The notes beneath the pieces are model-generated. The model was given only the letters and a program-made list of their open reading frames with translations. It was not told the DNA's origin and searched no databases. The position numbers and the translations under genes were made by a program. A DNA stretch of 64,000 nucleotides, taken from NCBI GenBank assembly GCA_951406725.2, contig OX597819.1, positions 17,732,001 to 17,796,000 on the forward strand. The letters are read 5' to 3'. Origin of the DNA: Octopus vulgaris. Its lineage: Eukaryota. Numbering within the stretch: the first letter of the stretch is position 1; each line of letters starts with the position of its first letter. Positions 56,310-64,000 of the stretch are shown here, piece after piece.

Positions 56310-57445
56310 TTTTATTTGCCTTAGTCATTAGACTGCGGCCATACTGGGCCCCGCCTTGAATTTTCACTTGAATGAATCAAAACTAGTATTCGATTTAAGC
56401 CTGATACCTATCCTGGATTGTGCTCCTCGGAGCGACGAAGAATGTCATTCGCACAATGGCAGAAAGATTGGAACGGAAGCGGGCCAAGATCGAACTCGGC
56501 ATGTGCAAACAAGACGAAGATCGTGAGGATTGGATATGTCGTTTGGAGCAACAATGACGTGTCATTGATGACTGGACAACACCAAATGGAGGAAGTTGAT
56601 GAGTTCACTTATTTGGGCAGCGTCGTGTCCAACGATGGAGACGCCAAATGCAACGTTGCCTACGGGATTGGCAAGGCCTCGGCTGTCTTACAAATACTCA
56701 AACCCATCTGGGCAGGCAGGGTGATGTCCACCATGATCAAGATGCGCCTCTTCGGCAGCATCGTCATACCATCGACAATATATGCGCCGGAAACGGGGAA
56801 GACATCGAGAAAGATCATGAGAAGGTTCAATGTATTTTAGCTACGATGCCTCCGGCGGATACTGCGAATGTCATACAAGGACCACAGCACCAACGATGAG
56901 ATAAATCGCCGAACTTATACCCGTCGACTCCATGACGTTGTCACTGAGTGCCGCTTGCGAATCGCAATCCATGTCCTCCGATTACCATCGAAAAACGCTA
57001 TTCTGTGGAGGCAACCAAAAGCGACTTGGCGTCGCACCCTCATCGATGACCTCAGAGCAATTGGCATTTCATGGGGTGAAGTTGGAATCGCTGCGGCCGA
57101 CCGACCACGCTGGAGAAGCCTTGCCTTCCAATACACCACATGGCGCAAGAGAAACTAAGTCTCTTTCGCTGAACCGCTAAGTTTGGGAACGTAAACACAC
57201 CACCACCGGTTGTCAAGCGGTGGTGGTGGGACTAACACAAACACAAAGACACACATACGTAGATATACATACATACGTACAGATATTCGACGGGCTCCCT
57301 TCAATTTCCGTCTACCAAATCCGCTTACAAGGCTTTGGTCGGTCTGAGGCTAGAGTAGAAGACACTTACCCAAGGTGTCACACAGTGGGATTGAAATCTG
57401 AACTATGTGGTTGGGAAGCAAACTTCATATCATATAGCCACACCT
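56310..57445 (-). mobile_element. SINE family A split by an RTE insertion
   Basis: Tail part 56310-56412 and remainder 57160-57445 join collinearly. Confidence 0.75.
56413..57162 (+). mobile_element. RTE-clade LINE 3' fragment
   Basis: NKTK, EEVDEFTYLGS, IGKAS, K.RLF.S.V.....Y..ET, RCLRRIL.MSYKD..TN.EI, PK.TWRRT and AADR..WR. Confidence 0.88.
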
Positions 57446-57513
57446 CCACCTACACACACACACACGCATATCTATATATATATAGGTATATAAATATTTA
57501 TAAATATATAAAT

Positions 57514-57544
<31 letters not shown>

Positions 57545-57622
57545 TACAAATATATATGTATATTTATATTTATATGCACATACATACTAACACACACATG
57601 CACTTATACACACATTTATATA

Positions 57623-57655
<33 letters not shown>

Positions 57656-57665
57656 CTAAACATCC

Positions 57666-57756
<91 letters not shown>

Positions 57757-57791
57757 TATACACTAACACATGCATACGCGTAAACACACAC

Positions 57792-57835
<44 letters not shown>

Positions 57836-58756
57836 ATTTATTAATATTTATTTTAATTGGGCTGCACATGATTATAAACATGTTTTAACATATAAAAGTT
57901 TGAATAAGAAATTTACAATATATACAACATCCAGCAGAGTATAAATAAGATTATGTAATGAAAGAAAACTAGCTGGTTAAATCTACATTTTATCGTAAAT
58001 ATTTTTGATATTTGTACCAGAAAATTTCCAAATTCGATACGAAAAAAATTCATGTTAACCAAACTTACTATCGGAATATGATAATGTAAAGGTCAGGTGA
58101 AGTTTAACCAAAACTAAGAAAATATATTCTACTTGTATGCACAAAAAAAACATGAAATTAATTGTAATACTGTAATCTCAATAAGTATAAGTGCTTCATT
58201 AGACCATTGATATATCGTGTGACTGGTTCTTTCTTTTCAAAAGGCACCGAACAAAACAATGAAATAAGTCTCCCCCAAAAAACATTCAAATGCAAGCATG
58301 CATAACATGCCTAATGTTTCGTAAATTAAGGCAAAAGTAACATGACTTATTACTATTGAATTATGAAGATTAACAGTTATTGGATGTGAAATTTAATATT
58401 TCAAAGTAGGTATTGGAAAGTGGGAACAAAAGGAGTGAAATGATTTAGGTATAGTGATACAAAAATGTAACCAGAAATATTCACATTCTCAACCTATGTG
58501 TAGTGTTTCTTCAGAATAATTGTTTTATTCATTATATTCAACAAGATCACATACACGCACGCGTTTTTAGGAGAGAACAGTGATTTATGCATGCTGTAAA
58601 GGATGTATTTTTTCATTAAAGCTGTAACGGAGAGATTGTACCGAAGTTCGAATGTGGCGGTGTGAAATATCTCGCCTGAAAATCAAGAATCCGCAAAACG
58701 GCAATCCCGATAAAAATTTTCAGCTTAAATTTCTATGAAATAACAATATATATATA

Positions 58757-59168
58757 CTCTTTTTACTCTTTTACTCTTTTACTTGTTTCAGTCATTTGAC
58801 TGCGGCCATGCTGGAGCACCGCCTTTTTAATCGAGCAACTCGACCCCGGGACTTATTCTTTTGTAAGCCCAGTACTTATTCTATCGGTCTCTTTTGCCGA
58901 ACCGCTAAGTAACGGGGACATAAACACACCAGCATCGGTTGTCAAGCAATGCTAGGGGGACAAACACAGACACACAAACACACACACGCATATATATATA
59001 TACATATATACGACGGGCTTCTTTCAGTTTCCGTCTACCAAATCCACTCACAAGGCTTTGGTCGGCCCGAGGCTATAGTAGAAGACACTTGCCCAAGGTG
59101 CCACACAGTGGGACTGAACCCGGAATGATGTGGTTGGTAAACAAGCTACTTACCACACAGCCACTCCT
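58757..59168 (-). mobile_element. Full-length SINE family A
   Basis: Reverse complement of family A with a (CTCTTTTA)n tail. Confidence 0.92.
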
Positions 59169-59188
59169 TTATATATATATATATATAA

Positions 59189-59430
59189 TATTCTATGATA
59201 ATATATATAATTATAATCAGGGGTCAACTATGTTCCTTGCCACGTACTGAATTAGAAATAGACGCACTTGTGGATTCATCATTCTTCTTTTTGCCTACAT
59301 AAAAATGTGTGTTACTGTCTCGGAGATTTTTATGATAGTTGAAAAGACATTAGCATCTATTTCTAATTCTGTACGTATCGATGCACTTAGCTGCTCCCTG
59401 GTTATAATTAGGTATATAATTATAGAATAT
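59189..59430. repeat. Decayed inverted repeat beside TA repeats
   Basis: Arms at about 59189-59266 and 59352-59430, e.g. ACGTACTGAATTAGAAATAGACGC versus GCATCTATTTCTAATTCTGTACGT. Confidence 0.7.
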
Positions 59431-59546
59431 TTTATATAATTCTCCTAAAAAGGCTTTTTAACGTACTGACTACTTGGTAAAATTATTAATTAATTTTACC
59501 CTATATTGTTGTCATTATTATTATTATAATATATATATATTCATAC

Positions 59547-59587
<41 letters not shown>

Positions 59588-59688
59588 TTTAACAATTAAG
59601 GATAATCTCTTAATAAGGGATCTTAACAAGAAATTATTTATTTATGATGTGTTCAAGAAATTAGTTTATTTATGATGTGTTCAGAATC

Positions 59689-59746
59689 AGTTCTGCTGAC
59701 GATCATTAGACGTAAGTTGAATGTGAAATCACGGTGATACAGAACT
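59689..59746 (+). ncRNA. Type I hammerhead ribozyme with intact core
   Basis: AGTTCTG CTGACGA T CATTAGAC-GTAA-GTTGAATG T GAA ATCAC-G-GTGAT A CAGAACT. Perfect 7-bp helix I and AUA site at 59739. Confidence 0.85.
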
Positions 59747-59867
59747 AAATTCATTTTTTAAATGTCTTGCTTTGAAAAACTGCATTTAGGTATGATTAGT
59801 ATAATTTTGGTAGTAATGACTTTGTCCCTCCTAGTGTGAGGCATTTATGTGTAATAATGCCCTCTAT

Positions 59868-59913
<46 letters not shown>

Positions 59914-60674
59914 AACAAAAACACACACACACATATATCGTTAATCAAATATATTCAATATACTGAATTTCTAATAAGTGCTCTTGGTAGAGAAATGTCT
60001 AAAACCTTAAAGGTATTTAGACATATATTATGAGCGATTATATATTATAAATTCAGAGAACGAAAATATTACATCAAAAAATCATTACATAAGATATAAG
60101 TCCAGAATAATATTGTATTAATAGATAGAAGTATAAATATAGGAAATACGATTATTTATAAAGGTTAAAAATAAAAAATATTTTACGATCATTTTTCTAC
60201 ATTTGTGGATCACACATTGAAGAGAACAGAATTATGGGATTTATATTCACACACAGCCATTAGGGATTACTGCAGAGAATATTACATCAGATGTATATCA
60301 TTTCTTCAGAATCATTAGCATAAAATTGTACAAACGCATATCTACACCAGTGACTTTTTAAACAGCATTTTTAAAGAACATCTTTTTTTATATATAAATT
60401 TAAATAGCATTCGATTAACTACACGGTAATTCACTCCCTTTCCCTCTGATTTGTGGATGTATTACCTAATAATGATTATCAATTTTAGATTCCATTTCGA
60501 AGTGTAATACATTCATGAAACGATTGTAAGATAGTTTACACTTTTAAACTTGTTAAATAATCGTAATTTATATATTTATATATATGTCTATTAATAAAAT
60601 ATTATTTTGGACATATATCACCTGTGATAATTTTTTGATGTAATTTTCCTGCTCTTATTTTATAATATATTGTG

Positions 60675-60742
<68 letters not shown>

Positions 60743-60744
60743 TA

Positions 60745-60816
<72 letters not shown>

Positions 60817-60839
60817 TAGATAGATACATGCAGATATAA

Positions 60840-61140
60840 TCTATATATATATAAAATTGAGAATGTGTGTCTCTCCGTCGACGTGTTTATTTGTGTGCAT
60901 CCCTAAAGCTCGAGAACTACCCAAATAATTTCATTCAAATTTTACACATGCCTTATTTAGGGCCTATGCATTGTTATAGGCCCCATAAATTTCAACTTCT
61001 TGCCTAATTCGAGCCCGGAGCAATCTCTTATCTTGTAAGCTATTTCAGTATTACGTTTCAAAAATAAAACAATAACATCTCTGTTGTAGTGGGAGATACT
61101 TTCAGTTTAATACTTTCACTTTTAATACTGAAGCAATTAT
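60840..61140 (+). mobile_element. Helitron-like non-autonomous element 5' part
   Basis: Begins A|TCTATATATATATAAAA...ATGTGTGTC...CTCGAGAACTAC..AATTTCATTCAAATTTTACAC, a pattern typical of animal Helitron 5' ends. Confidence 0.5.
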
Positions 61141-61143
61141 CTT

Positions 61144-61180
<37 letters not shown>

Positions 61181-62005
61181 GCTGAGTACAGAAATTCGGG
61201 GTGAGTACTTGATAATTGTAAGCACCTGTATATACCGTTTGGTGGTGTAAGTGGTGGAGTAAATTAATCGAAATTAAAACATGATGCGAAGGATTCAGCG
61301 TTACATATGTTTCGGGCCTTTATTAGACGGATTTATAACAATGCATAATGTATGTCTGTGGCCTTCTTCAGCCGCGCACAACAACTTTCACAAGGACATG
61401 TATTACATCAAAAATTCTTGGTTGGGGATGCAAATCCTCTCATTCGCGTACGACATAATGCGGCAACAGCTTAAAAATGAAGCGTCCATCTCGTTCTTCT
61501 CTCAATGTAGAATGAGGAAATTTGGATGTTGAAGTAATGTAAATAAATTAATAAATAAATATATACATATATAAATATATAAATGCAGACAGACGTGAAG
61601 GAACCTGGTAATAAGAGTAAATAGAGATAAAGATGGAGGGGCGAGAATTCAGGACGAAGGATAAAAAATATATAAAAATGTAAGTATAGAAAAGTATAAA
61701 AATGTAGAGTATAAAGATATAAAGAGATATAAAAAATATATAAATATATAAATGAATATAAAGGTATAAAGTTATAAAAATAAAAATAGAAATAAAAATA
61801 ATAAAAAATGTAAAAGAATATAAGGATAAGGGATATATAGTAGTTACGGACCAAACATGGTGATCAGGAAAATGACAAATTCTGGTTGTAGAAGTCTTGG
61901 GTGTCATAAATCAACAGGGGCGTCTGGGGACTTAGTGTATTGTAAATCAGAGTTGTTGAGCAGCTTATCTAGTTCTTCGTAACGTATTAGGTGGTCATCT
62001 TGTAC
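61181..62005 (-). mobile_element. Penelope-like element remnant with terminal hammerhead
   Basis: YEELDKLLNNSDLQYTKSPDAP resembles the PLE pre-RT motif. Pyrimidine-rich region, HHR motif, and ends at (TA)n. Confidence 0.5.
61298..61375 (-). ncRNA. Type I hammerhead motif with extended helix II
   Basis: Minus strand: GCGG CTGAAGA A GGCC...GGCC C GAA ACATATGT A ACGC. Core intact, first helix I pair mismatched. Confidence 0.72.
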
Positions 62006-62257
62006 ATACGTACCCGCATGGATACATACACCCATATACACGCGCACATATACGCACGCATACCCAGCTACAAGCATATAAGCATACATACGTACTCACG
62101 TGTAAACATATACAGATACACATATACACATGCGCATACATATATACACACAACAGAATATGCATATATATACACGGCGATATATATATATATACATAGC
62201 GATATATGTTTATAAGTATACACGCAAGTGCGCTCACACAGACACACATACGCTTAC

Positions 62258-62295
<38 letters not shown>

Positions 62296-62686
62296 TCACA
62301 CACATATATAGATGTTTATATGTATATTTAGGCGTTGGTAAATATATATATATGAGTTTTAGTTTCAACTCGTTGACTAGCACAATTGCCAATGTATCTT
62401 TGTATGTCCGTCGATGAATAGCTGTATGAATGGATAAATGCAAATACGTTATAGACACGTGTGTGTCCTATTATATAGGTTATTTCGATTCGCATTTTTC
62501 TTATTATGAATTCATATATTTTTTATACTTCCATTTCGTCATATTCTTTATATCTAACACTTACACTATAACCACTGATGTTTACTGTTTTCCAAATAAC
62601 AATAATTTATCGTTATTTTATATTTCTACCTAATCGAGGAATATATTTGTTCTTTGAAATTGCTTTTATATCTGGCTAACATTTGA

Positions 62687-62727
62687 GAAGCCCGAAGACG
62701 GAACTCTACGTGGGAAAACGAAGCTTC
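62687..62727 (+). ncRNA. Degenerate hammerhead-like relic
   Basis: GAAGC CCGAAGA...GAAAACGAA GCTTC. Helix I GAAGC/GCTTC is retained. Confidence 0.35.
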
Positions 62728-63286
62728 AACTTCAAATAACATTTGATATAAATAAGTTTACGTATTCATTTTCGTCTCCGTTTACCTATTTAAATAAATA
62801 CATACACACACGATCGCACGCACGCACACACACACACACATCGAGAGGAAAATAGAGCGAAAAGGGAAGTGTAGATTAGAAAAGAGAGCCAGCATATAAT
62901 ATATTTATAAACATAAATTTTATAAGTATATGCAGAAAGACGACTATACCAATAGATGAATATCGCTTCTGAAATTTCATCATATATATACATAAACATA
63001 TACGAATATATCATATCTGTCATTTGTGTGTATGTTTCGTGCGTGCGCGTGTGTGTAGCTGTTTAGATGAATGCGTATGTACGTAAGTTATAATGTGTTT
63101 TTGTCGGTACTTCGTTTATGAATATTTATGAAGCAAATTGCCTTCGGTCCTTTATTTATCAACAGTGATTTCAGACAACAATGAATGGCAGAATCATAAA
63201 TTTTCGCCTACGACATCTCTGAATAGCATCGATGCAGAAATACACACATACATTAAAACACGCCTGTATATATATATATACCATGT

Positions 63287-63869
63287 TTGAGAACAAACTG
63301 TAAAAGGTCGTCATTATAGTACATGGAGTAAGAGGTTGCCATTGTAGTACTCGGAGTTAAGAGGTTGTCATTATAATACTCGAATGTCGGCGCAAAGAGC
63401 TACGATACATTCTCGTCGGCTCTTAATGGCAACTGACGCTATGAAAAACTGTTAAATAAAAGGGAAGTAACTCTAATAGGTGGACAAAGAAAAAGATAAA
63501 AAATACACGCAACCATTTTCTCACAATACATAGACATAAAACTCCAGCGTTCACAACGTGTACATATGTGCACACTTATACAAACATACACACGTACACA
63601 AACATACACACGCACACACACACAAACATACATGTATGTCGTTGTGAACGTAGGAGGTTTATATCTATATATTGTGAGAATATGGTTGCGTGTATTTTTT
63701 TTATTTTTTCTTTGTCCACCTATTACAGTTTCTTCCCTTTTATATAAAGGTTTTTCATAGCGTCTGTTTCCATCAATAGCTGACGAGAATGTATCGAATC
63801 TCTTCGCTCCGACATTCGAAACTCCGAGTACTACTAATATAATGACAACCTTTTACTGTTTGTTCTAAA
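63287..63869. mobile_element. Large fold-back element (arms about 230-270 bp) around a CA-rich spacer
   Basis: Arms 63287-63558 and 63640-63869 are imperfect reverse complements. Confidence 0.85.
63777..63833 (+). ncRNA. Type I hammerhead ribozyme with intact core
   Basis: TAG CTGACGA GAATGT-loop-ACATTC GAA ACTC-C-GAGT A CTA. GUA site at 63830. Confidence 0.85.
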
Positions 63870-63932
63870 TCATAACATAAATAATCCTCTATTTGCCTGA
63901 TATCCGGGTGTCATTCGTTTGTTGTTACATTT

Positions 63933-63977
<45 letters not shown>

Positions 63978-64000
63978 GTTATTATTATTATCATTATTAT

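Overview
AT-rich, microsatellite-saturated eukaryotic non-coding DNA. The repeat families and microsatellite load suggest an octopus or other cephalopod genome; this is inferred from pattern recognition, not a search. I found no host protein-coding gene, and nearly all ORFs in the track are translations of simple repeats. The window is a nested mosaic of mobile elements: three tRNA-headed SINE families, a 557-bp (AAT)n-targeting non-autonomous element, R4/Dong, CR1 and RTE LINE remnants, a full-length but dead IR/DR Tc1, several mariner/Tc1 fragments, pogo-like MITEs, Helitron-like ends and Penelope-like element (PLE) remnants. The main hidden signal is about 12 loci carrying minimal hammerhead ribozyme (HHR) motifs (CUGANGA...GAAA with a palindromic helix III). 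They come from many sequence-unrelated families, lie mostly in or beside (TA)n arrays, and four sit in long fold-back inverted repeats that place a ribozyme motif on each strand. There is also a non-coding unit of 835-bp period, bounded by 260-bp direct repeats, with an apparently circularly permuted HHR core (retrozyme-like). All RNA structures were folded by eye and ribozyme activity is untested.
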